NCBI RefSeq assembly: GCF_002105155.1
Contig: NW_019029019.1
Span: 62,001 to 126,000, forward strand
Direction: 5' to 3'
DNA length: 64,000 bases
Source: Lobosporangium transversale
Taxonomy: Eukaryota
The notes beneath the pieces were generated by a model. The model searched no databases. It was not told where the DNA came from and saw only the letters and a program-made list of their open reading frames with translations. Made by a program: the position numbers and the translations under genes. Of this stretch, positions 1 to 13,300 are shown one piece after another. Each line of letters opens with the position of its first letter. Positions within the stretch are counted from its first letter, which is position 1.

Positions 1-3000
1 TGAGAGTATGCAGACCAACAATCTGTATGTTGCCAACCAACTGAATCAACCTGGCGAGTGGAAGGCCCAGATGGTGGTCAGTTGCCGCAGTGAGTACCTT
101 GGGTTAGACTACCGAGATCGTTTCCAACCTATGGACCGTAATCACCAAACAGATGCTAGACTGTTTCAAGAGGCTGTGATTGTACCATTCTCCGAGACTC
201 AGATCGAGGACTACATCAAGCATTATGTCGCAGCTATGGATCCACTGTGGCCTGTGGAGGTGTACCAGCGTGCTCTCAAAATGGTCCCTAGTCTACAGGA
301 ACTTGTGAAGAACCCATTCATGCTGTCGATGTCGCTAGAAGTACTTCCACGGATGGTTGATCCAAATCAAGACAATTCCAACACGAAGGTCAAGCGGGTC
401 ACGTTGTATGACCGGTTCGTTGAGCTATGGCTTGAACGAGGCAAGAAGCGACTGAGCGGGATATTAGCGCCGGAAGACAGAAGAATGTTTCACAAACTAT
501 TGGATGAAGGTTTTGCACAGAACGGGATCAGGTACCTGGCCGAGCTAGCCATAGCAATCTACAAGTATCAAGACGGTAATCCAGTTGTGGGCTACTCACC
601 ATTCAAAGATAAAGGTACATGGAAGGAAGAGTATTTTAGCAAAGATGATGGGAAGAACCTCCTACGTGAAGCTTCTCCGCTCACTCGTACGGGCAATCGG
701 CACCGCTTTATCCACCGATCTATCCTGGAGTACAGCCTGGCACAGGCAATTTTTGAGCCGCAGAAGGCAATGAACACCTTTACGAGCGATGGGGGAGCGG
801 AAGCAAGAATATTGCCTTCTCGTCGACACAGTATTAGTTCAGCCTATAGTTTCGAAGCTATGGACATCGAGGAAGGCGAGCAAGAGGCCAACCTAATTGA
901 CGTCGATGAAAGCTCACCCTTGGTATGGAGAAGCTTCGTAGATGAGCCATCTATCCTTCAATCCCTAGAAGACCGCGTCCGTCTCGAGCCAGTGTTTAAG
1001 CAGCAACTGTATACTCTCGAAGAGTGACAACAAATGGTGGATAGCAGCAGCTAATGCGATGACAATCTTGGTTCGAGCAGGTGAGTCATTCATCGGAGCA
1101 GACTTAAGAGGCATCCAGATTCCAGGAGCAGATCTTAGCCATGGGGTCTTTGAGTATGCTCAGCTACAGGGAGCAGATCTGAGGAAGGCCATTTTACGAA
1201 ACTGTTGGCTTCGTGAAGCGGACCTGAGCGGAGCGAAGATGACAGATGTACAATTCGGAGAATGGCCACTTCTCGAAGCAATCAGTGAGGTATATGGAGG
1301 GTCTTATTCGCCTGATGGCAAGACACTCGCTGCAATCATCAGTGATGAATCATACAAGTGTTCAATCAACGTCTATGATACATCAACGTGGGAAAAGCTT
1401 TTCACTCTGGACGACGATGAGCTCGGCGACTACCTTATATACTCACCAGACAGCCAACGCATCATCTCATGGGGCAATGAGCAAACTGCAGTCCTAATTT
1501 GGGATGCCCCGTCAGGAGCATTAGTTCATAGGTTGGTAGGTCACACAGCACCTGTCCTGTGCGCGGAGTACTCCCGAGCGGAAACGATCTTGCCACAGCT
1601 AGCGATGATGCCTCAGTGCGAGTCTGGGACACTCAGTCGGGCGTGCTCAAACACATATTTGAGGGCCATACCGACGCGGTGAGAAGCGTGGCATATTCGC
1701 CTGATTGATCGCAGATTGCAACTGGTGGTGATGACAATACACTACGGCTGAGGCCCGCAAAAACAGGACAGCAGCTAATCCTGATGAACCATGACTCTGG
1801 GATCCAGCAAATTGTCTATTCACCTAATGGCCAGGATATTATAGCTCGTTGTGACGAAGATTGTTGCCTGCATATGTGGGATGCCGCATCTGGCCAAGAA
1901 AAGCTGATCCTGAGCCATGACGACGACGTCCTAGGTGTTCAATACTCGCTTGACGGAAAACATGCCCTTTCCTTCGCTTCGGAGGTTGTATATGAATGGA
2001 ATATGCAAACAGGGAAACTCACCCATACTCTTGAAGGACATTCTGGTGAAATTATGGACTTAAAGTATTCACCAAATGGAGAACAGGTGGCCACCTGCAG
2101 TGAAGACAATACAGTACGGCTTTGGGACACGAGATCAGGAGAGCTTACGAATGCCTTCTATGGGCATTCTGCCTTTTTATGCTGTTTGGCATATTCGCCA
2201 AGCAGCCATCAAGTTGCATCTTTCGGCCTTGACAAAACGATACGTCTTTGGGATACTCGACCACAGCAATCTAATCATGACTCACATGGCCATTCGACAC
2301 CAATCAACCGTGTTAGGAGTTCGCCGGACGGGAAGTAAATAGCTTCATTAGGTGAATATGGGACAGTATGAGTGTGGGATACACGAACAGGACACTCTAT
2401 CCATGTATTACAAAGTCATGGTGGCTACGCATATGACATCAAATATACACCAGACAGTCAGTTACTTGCTTCTTGTCACCGTTCTCCGTGCACCTACCTT
2501 TGGAACACTCAAACAGGTCAAGTAGCCCACACCTTGGAACTGCAAGGTGAACAAACCGATAACATCTACACTGTCGATTTCTCGCCCATCGGTCACCAAA
2601 TCGCCTGCGACCATGGATCTGGAAAGGTGACTATGTGGGACACACGGACGGGAGAGCTCATCCGCATTCTACAGGGGCACGATACAAATGTAGCGTCTGT
2701 GATATTCTCGCCCAATGGCCATCAAATTGCCACGTATGATAAAGGGGGTAATACCAAAGTCTGGTCATCTCATTCAGGGGATCTTCAATATGAAGTAAAG
2801 GAAGAAAAGATCGGCTATTACATTGGATACACCCCCGACAGCCGGAAGCTATTGGTTTATCGCAGCAATAACTCCAACGAGCTGCAAGTACGGGACACAG
2901 AAACAGGCGACCTTTGCTACATAACTCAGTTTGGATATTATGGAGGAAAAGGCCCGTTTTCGCCATGTAGCCAACGGATGACTGATGCGTGTATAAATGG

Positions 3001-3697
3001 GCAAATTAATGTGCTAGACATGAAATCGGGAGAAGTACTGCATACGCTTGAAGGGCATACCAATTTGATTACTGAGATGGCTTATTCCCCTGATGGAAAT
3101 TACTTTGCCTCGGCTAGTGAAGACACGACAGTGCGAGTGTGGGATTCACAGACAGGCGAATGTTTGATTAAAATGTTATCAGAAGGCGAATATGTTAGAA
3201 CGCTTGCATGGAATGCCCTTGAAGAAGGCCACTTTTTGGTCACAGGATCAAGAGATGCTTCTGTTCGGATGTGGCAGATTGTGAAGGAGGACGGTCAATA
3301 CCAGTATCGCCTGAAATGGAGCACCAAACAAACAGCTCTTAATGTTAACAGCACTTGTATTCAAGATGTAACTGGGTTGAGTGAAGTCAACAGGAAGCTT
3401 CTGATGCAACGAGGAGAAATAAAAGAGCAATCCCTTCCTTTGGCCACATATGAGGCATCGAAACAGATTGTGACAGCATCACCAATGGCATTCAAGTCCA
3501 AAGTAACCTCAAACCAGGCTATTTATCGTCAAGTCCTATCAGCAGAGGCACTCTTAGAGACAGAAGCTTTGAATGAAGGAATGCCGTTGACAACAGTGGC
3601 AGCAGCAAGTGAATCGATCAATGACTACCGATTCAAATACAGCATGTGCAGTGAATGTAGATTTGCACATGTTATTTCATGCAGGTCGCGCTACTAA
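1..3697 (+). pseudogene. NLR-like NACHT-pentapeptide-WD40 gene, copy 1 (5' end outside the window, disrupted)
   Basis: ORFs 8-1027, 1059-1682, 1784-2338 and 2372-3697 are colinear pieces homologous to the intact gene at 7304-13390. Lesions: frameshifts near 1012 and 1575, stops near 1706 (TGA), 2336 (TAA) and 2369 (TGA). Confidence 0.9.
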
Positions 3698-3699
3698 AG

Positions 3700-4971
3700 A
3701 TATTAATAAGCAGGGCGGCATTGCATTTAGAATAAAGAATAAACCCAAAAGGGTGTTTGCTAATAAGCCGTCATACAAAATAGGAATACACTTGCTGTAT
3801 GCTTACCCGCTTTTTGATGTCTTGGAGGTATTTGCCTGTGTTCAACCCAACTTAATAGTGTTCAATATTTTTTTATCTTTATTTTTTCATCTTGGTGAAA
3901 AATGTGCTCTCTCTGCATGTGGAAACTGCTCACGCTACATCCAATGTTGTGTTGTTTCGATTGGAGATAACCTTCCATTCAACTAAATTACAAGCGATTC
4001 ATTATTACCTTTGGCTTATTTCGTTGAGTACCACACTTGTCTCTGCCAGCACCACACAAGACGAGATATCTGTTGTTTTTAACTTATTGCTCTGTATTAA
4101 ACCCCGCTTAAAGCAACTTGTGTTGACGGAATCCATTGGATTCTCTTCAAGACGAATAAGGAAATAATAAAATAAATAGCAAATTAAAAGAGATAAATAA
4201 GAGAAAAAGGTACAAGGAACTAACATTATCCTCGAAGGGGTAACAGGGGGGAAATCAATGCTTCATATTGGGCGCCAGTATGAAGACAGAGTGTCAAGCG
4301 AAGTTCATGTCTGCATAGCTTCATCACGTAAAATGATGTCTCTGTAGTAGGTTTAAAACTATTGAATAAAAAAAAAAAGTGCGAGTGATGAATGACTCAT
4401 TCAAGGAGAACACGTCAACGTAGCTCGAGTTGATGAGCGGTCGAGCTACAGTTAATTAACTTGTAGAAAAGATCTGATTCGGACAATGTCAACATAGCAG
4501 TGTTTCATTGACGAGGTGCAAGGTTTGTATATGTACTCTTTCTAGGCATTATTGATCCCATTTCAGTCTATTGCCCTGGCGACCCACCCAGAACTATATA
4601 TAGAGATTATTCTCTTCCTAGAACCCCTTCTTCCCCTTTTCGAAAACAGTTACAAGCAAGCAGACTGCTGAGGAAAAGAAAAAAAAAAAACTACATATAC
4701 TTTCTTTTTACTGTTTTGCAAATCATCGGCTTGAAAATACTGCGTGCCTTATTACACAAACCTAATAGCTTCATTCATTAAGAATGTATGCACGAATGAG
4801 AGAATAAAAGCAAAGGTGAACATTTAGGTGCTCATCATTTCTTCGGAACCGTATTCAAGCCATGGAAGTAGGATCAAGAAAGAGTCTGCTGATCAATGAT
4901 GCCTTAGTCTTTTTTATATTTTTATACCTTTTATTAATGTAGCTGCTGGGTGAGAATAACACTCTGGATGC
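3700..4971. repeat. 3' flank of copy 1, duplicated in inverted orientation at about 58622-59900
   Basis: For example, 4921-4971 (tttatacc...gagaataacactctggatgc) is the reverse complement of about 58622-58670. ORFs 4005-4226(-) and 59388-59606(+) translate to near-identical peptides. Confidence 0.9.
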
Positions 4972-6458
4972 CATCCCTGGACATTCTTATTTAAATTGTT
5001 ATCTCTTTGTTTTACTGTCCTAAAATTCCACAGCACACCCTAAATCTCTGATCTCTTGCTTCCATTTTCTTTTGGACCTTTGCTTTCGTTGCTTTCATTT
5101 ATTATACCTATATATTTTTTATAATGTCATGGTCGCAACACGTTCCACACGTCCGTCGTCATTATTATTATTATTATTATTATTACTTTATTATTATTTT
5201 ATAGTTGTCTGCAGGAAATGACTTTGCCCGAGATTGTAAGAGAGTAACAAGGGCCAAGTGCTAGTCTAGAATGGGAGGAATGAGACATTATCAGCCCTCT
5301 ATTAAAGTTGAAATTCTCTTCTTCCTCTCACCTTCTTTCATTCACTGCAATATCTTTCGTCTTTAATCCTCTCAGCACCAAACGTTGATTTCAAGATAAA
5401 ATGCATTTGTAGTTTGCGCAACAGCGATAAAAAAAAAAAAACGCACATGGATCTGTCCTCAAATGTAAGCTAATTTCACTTATAACCCTCCATCGTTGTT
5501 ACTGATAGCGTCTCTAGAACGAGGACGTGTAGTATTTGCGATAACTCAGGATACGACCGAAAGACCGAAGTACAGAAGAGTGAGCTCTATATTCAATATT
5601 TCGGTTTTGTCATCCTCGCTAATACCCTAAACTATTTCAGTCTGCGCTGGAATTACATCATTCGTTAGGGGATCCTAAAAGATGCCAGGATGATAGTGAG
5701 TAACGAGAACGATCCAGGGATCTTCGTTAAATAATAAGGGGTAAAAATCTTAGCTGTAGTAAAAACCCATAAAAATGACTGCCAATCGCAACAGATCCCA
5801 CTCAAAATCGATTTGAGTCTGCGATGGCCCGCAGACGGAGCATTAACCTTGATGACCTTGACAAAAGCGAAGGACCTGTGCAAAAGCAAATATATTGTCT
5901 TTTGGTCTCCGGTTATTCAGCTATCTCTCCATTTCCATGTCCTTCACATCAGCTTTCAAAACAGGGAACGTAGTAAAACAGGGCGCAATCTATATGGTGC
6001 CAATAAACAGACAGCAGCCTCTCGTCCCCATAAAATGTTCATTGAGTACGTCTCTTCAGCAGAAGGTCGACATTTATTTGATGCACTTTGTTTTATATTT
6101 TTTTTTTTTTCTTTTTTTCTTTTTTTCTTTTTTTCTTTTTTTCTTTTTTTATGTTTTTATTACCTCCATGTTTATATTTACCATTCCAGTCCATGTGCGA
6201 AAAACACTAATATTCTGTTGTCGTTTACTGACACTGTCACAGACAAAGTTTCCTTCTATGTTGCTGTCATGAAGCAAAGCATGATTTTTCTAACAAGACA
6301 AGCGCCGACCATGACGAAGCCACAGTCCCAGTTCGTTATTATTATTTCTTTTTCTATGAGGAAAACAAAACTATCTTTATTCCCCACTGTACAGATTTTT
6401 ATTTATTTATTTATTTATTTAACTCACCTTCTACTTCAATTTTGGTTGTAGTTTAATA

Positions 6459-6758
6459 GAGACCTTGCGAGACATTTTTTGTTGTAGAAATAAAGTTTGC
6501 TCTTGTAGGCTACAGACATTCTACAAAGGCAAAATTTAGAATTTTTACGTATAACATGGGGTTTATACGTAAATTTATAAATTAGCCAACTTTTATTCTT
6601 ACTTCGCTTCCAAATCGGAGAAATAGGCCATCAATGGCACCAATTCTCTACATTGCTTTTTGTTCTACATTTTTTGTAGAATGTCTCTACAAGCACAAAT
6701 TTTTCAAAAAGTCATTGTAGCCAAAATTAGGTTCCATTTGTGAGTTTCGCAAGGTCTC
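6459..6758. mobile_element. MITE-like non-autonomous DNA transposon, 300 bp
   Basis: Terminal inverted repeats GAGACCTTGCGAGAC and GTTTCGCAAGGTCTC (14/15 match). Flanked by direct repeat TAATA (6454-6458 and 6759-6763). Subterminal inverted motif AGACATTCTACAAA / TTTGTAGAATGTCT. AT-rich, no ORF. Confidence 0.8.
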
Positions 6759-7303
6759 TAATATTGTTTTCTTTTCCGATATTTGCTATTTCCTATTCTC
6801 TCTATTCCGAATAATTAAAAAAGTGTACGTGGAATTTATATTAATGAACATGCATTTAGATAAGAATAAAACATTACCGCTTTTGCCTTTGGGAAAAAAA
6901 AAAAAAAAAAAAAAAGATGGGGCTGAGCACGGAATAAAGTGGCATTAAAAAGAAGGATATCTCTTAAGGGGGAAAACAAGGCAAAGTGGACCCGGATTTT
7001 ATAATGTTCACTTGTATGCATGCATGCATACATTCTTCCTTCTCTCTTTTCTTTCTTCATTACTTCGCCACATATAACGTCACACAACCCCTCAGCTGAT
7101 TTTTCTTTTTTTATGTTAGAAAAAACATCGAATCCTTGAGTAAGGGACATGCTTCTACCTCCTCCTTGGAACTTACAAAAGACGTTTATTCACTTATAAA
7201 GCTCACTACTAAACCCATCTTTTCAAATAATAACCACATCTTTTTTTGAAATGAATAAATTATAATCAAACAGAAATAGAATAAAGAGGAAGAACAATAG
7301 ACC

Positions 7304-10300
7304 ATGTTTGGCAATACAGATACTCCACCACGAAGTGTACTCTTGCCAGCACAAGCCCTGAAACTCTTTCATTTCTACATAAAGGGCGCTCGCACTATAG
7401 ATAACGATAGCTGCAACATAGTGATGGAGCTTTGTCTCGATGCAGACTCTGTGCTGTCCCGAATTCATAAACCCACAAGAAAGTCACTCGCCGCAATACC
7501 TTCAACCTCTTCAGCTTCCAATGAAGACCTAATGTTACGCAAAGACATAGCCTCGGCCTATCATGAGCTTGCCCGCTTATTTGAACAGATAGGTCACTCA
7601 GATGTCGCTCAAAGACGTGACCAGAAAGCCAAAAAATGGGGGTATAACCAAAGGAGCAGCAGCAATGGTAGCAATAACAGCAACAAAAACAGCAACAAAC
7701 TGGGAATCAGCGAACCTATTAGCGGCAGATTAATTAGAACAGTTGAAACAGTGCAGGCCATTGCAACTATTCCAAAGGACGTTTTTAACCATGATGAACC
7801 TCCAACAGTCATCAGGTACAGCTTACCAGATGCTGGTACTCAGTTGAATGACATCCACCAGCTTGCATATTGCCTATCTCTGCTATCACTCGCTCCTATC
7901 CAAACAAATGATCTCAGTGACCTTGAGAAGAAGTGGCGACAGGCTATATCGAACGATCAAGATGAACATGAACGACTGTGTAAACTGGCTTCAGATGTGA
8001 TTGAAATGTTCATCAGTGATGACATCAAGACCGAGGCATCTGTCGCTGAGGTTGTGGCTCTCTCCCCTGTCCTTGATCAAGTGCAATTCAGAACACTGCT
8101 CATGACTTTGATCAATGGGATCAGCCAGAACATTATGCTGGACACTCATTTGTTAGAGGGGTTGGCTCGGTTGCTGCAGCATGCTCCTCCTGGATATCTC
8201 GGCTCAGATGACCTTGTTTTAATCCTCAACACCCTCAATCTCCGATTACAAGGCACTCATAGCCAATCTACCAGCCATCTCTATTGTCTGTCAGTTACAG
8301 TCTCACATGTCCTCGATGCCATGGTCAACAACCAAGTCAAAGGCCTGAAGCGAGAGCAACTCCATGAACCACTTGCAGCATACCTCCAGGGACTAAAAGA
8401 CAGCTCAGACCCTCAACTAGTCTACCAAGCTGCTTATGCCTTCCAAGCCTTGCAATATATTCCAGATGATGAATCAACAATGCAAGCCATGCTTCGACGG
8501 ACATCAGCAGTGCTCCGAGGAGTGTTTGGAGTAGTAAGTGCAGTCAAAGGCTTTGATCTCAATACCTTCATGGATGAGATAAGCAACATCCAGAGAGGAC
8601 TTCCTTCTGTGACAGATGCTATTGACATGAGCTTAGGAATATATGGAAATATAGCATCACTATATGAGAGTGGATCGACATTCAGACAGTGTATGGAAGA
8701 AGGACTCAGCTTTGATCACAAGTCAGCATGGTATCCAGCACTCCGTGGAGCGGATGCACTACTCCAGAGAGGCGAGCTCATTAAATTCAAGACTCTTGTG
8801 TGTGAAGCACCCTGTCGAAATGATGCAGCATTCCAATGGGGACTATGTCAGAGACTAGGACAGATTGCAGCAGATACACAGTGGACCATGGATACTCGAC
8901 AGGATGCCATCACACTCCTAGGAGAGATCTACAAGAATGACCAAGAGTGGGGTAGCCATGCACATATCAAGCAGTGGGTCATAAGTATCCTTAGAGAGCT
9001 ATCCTCATTACCGCCGGATGGTCTACAAGGTGCTTATTTTTTTTTCTTTTTTTCTGTAGATATGTTTGGGTGTTGGCAGCGCTCATTAAACGCTGATTTA
9101 TCTACTCACTCTATCCTTCTCCTTCCAGCTGCAGGCACTCTCTTGAACGAACTAGAGAAATATGGAGACATCAAGAAACAAGAGCTATATAGGAAGTGTC
9201 TTCAAGAGCCAATAGCTCAGCATCCCTTCACCACCACACATCCCCCATCTACATCTTCATATTTGCTTGACCGTGCACAAAAAAGGCCCAATGTTGAGGA
9301 CAGTCTACGGCAACTAAGGAGACGGCGGATGGAGGTTGGAAACAACCAAGGATTCTACATCCAACAGTATGTTAAAGCAAGTCCTCAAGCGAGCGATGAC
9401 AAGCTGTTCTTGTTGCTGGACAAGGTGAAAGAGTTCCTGGATAGCGACCAGAAAGCGCTACTTGTGCAAGGAGACTCAGGAGCAGGCAAGTCTACATTCA
9501 ATCGCACTTTGGAGCGCACACTCTGGGAGACATACCAAAAGAGACATGGTCGAATCCCACTGTTTATCAACCTCCCAGCCATCGACAAGCCAGAGAAGGA
9601 TCTTGTAGCAAAGCAGCTGCGAGACTACGGTTTCACAGACTCACAGATTAAGGAACTGAAGAAGAGTCGGTCATTTATCCTGATCTGTGATGGATATGAT
9701 GAGAGCATGCAGACCACCAATCTGTATGTCTCCAATCAACTGAATAAGCCTGGAGAGTGGATGGCTCAGATGGTGATTAGCTGTCGCAGTGAGTACCTTG
9801 GCTTAGACTATCGAGATCGGTTCCAACCTATGGACCGCAATCACCAAGTAGATGCTGGATTGTTTGAAGAGGCTGTGATCATGCCATTCTCTGAGACTCA
9901 GATCGATGACTATATCGAACAATATGTTGATGCCATGGATCCACTGTGGCATGCGGAGGACTACCGACGTGCACTCAAACAGATCCCTAGTCTACAAGGC
10001 CTTGTGAGGAACCCATTTATTCTATCGATGTCGCTTGAAGTACTCCCGCGAATGGTAGATCCAGATCAAGGGTCCTCCAACACCAAGGTCAAACGCGTGA
10101 CACTGTATGACCAGTTCGTTGAGCAGTGGCTCGAGCGAGGCAAGAAGCGACTAAACGATGCATTAGGACTGGAAGACAGAAGAATGTACCACAAGCTATT
10201 AGATGAAGGGTTTGCACAGAATGGGATCAGATATCTCACTGAGCTAGCCATAGCGATCTACAAACATCAAGATGGCAACCCAGTAGTTGACTACTCACCA

Positions 10301-13300
10301 TCCAAGGATAAGGGTACATGGAAAGAAGCGTACTTCAGCAAAGAGAATGGAAGGAACCTTCTACGGGAGGCTTCACCACTTACTCGTACAGGCAACCAGC
10401 ACCGGTTTATCCATCGCTCGCTCCTAGAGTACAGCCTAGTGCGAGCAATCTTCGAACCGAAGAAAGTAATGGGTGCTCCTGCAATCGATGAAGTAGCAAA
10501 GGCGACAACAGCAACTTCTCGTCGGCAGAGCATCAGCTCAGTATTTAGTTTTGAAGCCATAGATATCAAGGAGGATGAGCAGGAAGTGGAAGTAGTGGAG
10601 ATTGATGAGGCATCACCTTTAGTATGGAGAAGCTTTGTGGATGAACCATCTATCCTTCAATTCTTAGAGGACCGTGTCCGTCTTGAACCGGTGTTTAAAC
10701 AGCAGCTGTACACATATGTGGAGCTCTCGAAGAGCGATAGCAAGTGGCGAGTAGCAGCAGCTAATGCGATGACAATCTTGGTCCAAGCAGGTGAGTCATT
10801 TATCGGAGCAGACTTGCGAGGCATCCAGATCCCAGGAGCAGATCTCAGCCATGGTATATTTGAGTATGCTCAGTTACAAGGGGCAGATCTGAGGAAGGCC
10901 AACTTACAGAACTGTTGGCTTCGTGAAGCAGACCTAAGCGGAGCGAAGATGGCAGGTGTACAGTTTGGAGAATGGCCGCTTCTCCAAGTTGGTGGTGAGA
11001 CAAGGGAGGGATCATATTCTCCTGATGGCAAGACACTCGCTGCCGTTATCAGACTTGGCTCTAATATATATTCAATTGTTGTCTATGATACATCCACATG
11101 GGAGAAGCTTTCGACTCTGGAGGGCAATGCGTATAGCACGGGGCTTATATACTCGCCAGATAGTCAATATATCGCCAGCTGGGGCCCTTCCAGAACTGCA
11201 GTATCAATCTGGAATACAACCTCAGGAGCATTGGTTCACCGATTGGAGTGCCATATAACTCAAGTGAGCTGTGTAGTGTACTCACCAAGCGGAAACGATC
11301 TTGCCTCAGCTAGCCATGATGGGTCAGTGCGAGTGTGGGATACCCAAGCAGGAGTGCTCAAATACAGCTTAGAGGGCCATACAGGCTACGTGAGCAGTGT
11401 GGCATACTCTCCTGATGGACTCCAGATTGCAAGCAGCGGCTTTGACAATACAGTACGGTTGTGGGATGCGACATCAGGACAGCAGCTGATGCAGATGGAC
11501 CATGGATATGAAATTCGGCAATTTGTGTATTCACCTAATGGCCAGGAAATTATATCTCGCTGTGCTAATGATAGTTACCTGCATGTGTGGGATGTTGGAT
11601 CTGGTCAAAAAATATACGAGTTGGAGCATAAGGATACGGTCAGTGCCATTCAGTATTCTCCTAGTGGAAAGCTTGCTGCTTCATTCGCCTTGGATATGGC
11701 ATACCAATGGAATATGCAAACAGGAAAGCTCATCCATACTCTTGCAGGGCATTCTGATCATATCGAAGGCCTAAGATACTCACCAAATGGAGAACAAATA
11801 GCCACTTGCAGTTATGACCTCACAGTCCGGCTTTGGGACACAAGATCAGGGCAACTCATGCATACCTTTTATGGTCACCTTGGCTATATACACTGTGTGG
11901 CTTACTCACCAAACAACCATCAACTTGCATCCTTCAGCAGTGATAAAACGATACGTCTTTGGGATACTCGATCACAGCAATCTAATCATTCAGCGCCGAT
12001 CAGTGGGATTACGAGCTCACCAGATGGGCAGCAGATAGCTTCGAGCAGTGGTGATGGGACAGCGCGTATGTGGGATGTAAAGACAGGGCAGCCCATCCAT
12101 GTTTTACAATGCCTCGATGGATATATAGATGACATCAGGTATTCACCTGACGGCCAGTTGCTTGCTTCTCGCCATGAAGCTTCACGTGTCTACCTTTGGG
12201 ACGCTCGAACAGGCCAAGTCGCCCACACCTTGGAGTTGCAGGACAGACAAGACGATTGGATCTACACCTTTGATTTCTCACCCATTGACCACCAAATTGC
12301 CTGCGCTTATCATAAGGGAGATATGACTATATGGAACACACAAACAGGAGAACTCATCCACACTCTACAGGGCCATAATAGAGCTGTAAGGTGTGTAGTA
12401 TTCTCACCAGGTGGCCAACACCTTGCTTCATATGATGAAGGTGGCGCTCTTAGGGTCTGGACAGTTCATTCAGGTGACCTTCGTTATGAAGTAAATTGTG
12501 GAGAAGCGGAACGCGATTTTATCAAATACACGCCTGATGGTCGAAGAATAATGGGTTATCACGGCTATCCCTCATATGAGTTGCAAGTACGGAACGCAGA
12601 AACGGGTGAGCTTTGTTACACAATTAGAGGCTATACAAGTTTAGGAACATTTTCACCATGTTGTCAACGGATGGTTTGTGCCTTGGAGTATGGACAAATT
12701 GATGTGGTAGATGTGAAAACGGGAGTTGCTTTATATACTCTTGAAGGACACAGCGGTCACTTCATAACGATGACTTATTCGCCTGATGGGAAGTACATTG
12801 CTTCAAGCGGTTGGGATAGAACAGTGCGAGTGTGGGACGCAGAGACAGGAGAGTGTTTGGTAGCAATCCCAATTGAAGGTAGAGAAGTTCAGAGGGTTGT
12901 GTGCAACACCTTTGAAGGAGGCTGCTTTCTGGTTACAGGATGCATGGGTGGTTCTATTCGGATGTGGCAGATTGTGAAGGAAGGCGATCAATATCAGCAT
13001 CGACTGAAATGGAGCACCAAACAAACAGCTCTTAATGTTAACAACACTTGTTTTCAAGATGTAACTGGGTTGAGTGAAGTCAACAGGAAGCTTCTGATGC
13101 AACGAGGAGAAATAAAAGAGCAATCCCTTCCTTTGGTCACATATGAGGCATCGAAACAGATTGTGACAGCATCACCAATGGCATTCAAGTCCAAAGTAAC
13201 CTCAAACCAGGCTATTTATCGTCAAGTCCTATCAGCAGAGGCACTCTTAGAGACAGAAGCTTTGAATGAAGGAATGCCGTTGACAACAGTGGCAGCAGCA

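Noticed and set aside
7640..7705. N-rich segment as an amyloid signalling motif
   Set aside because: It looks like an AAC/AGC microsatellite-derived linker that varies between copies, with no HRAM, PP or sigma pattern and no adjacent effector gene with a matching motif.
11000..13010. HNWD-style highly conserved internal WD40 repeats
   Set aside because: Repeats within one gene are divergent from each other. Similarity is between paralogues, not between repeats.
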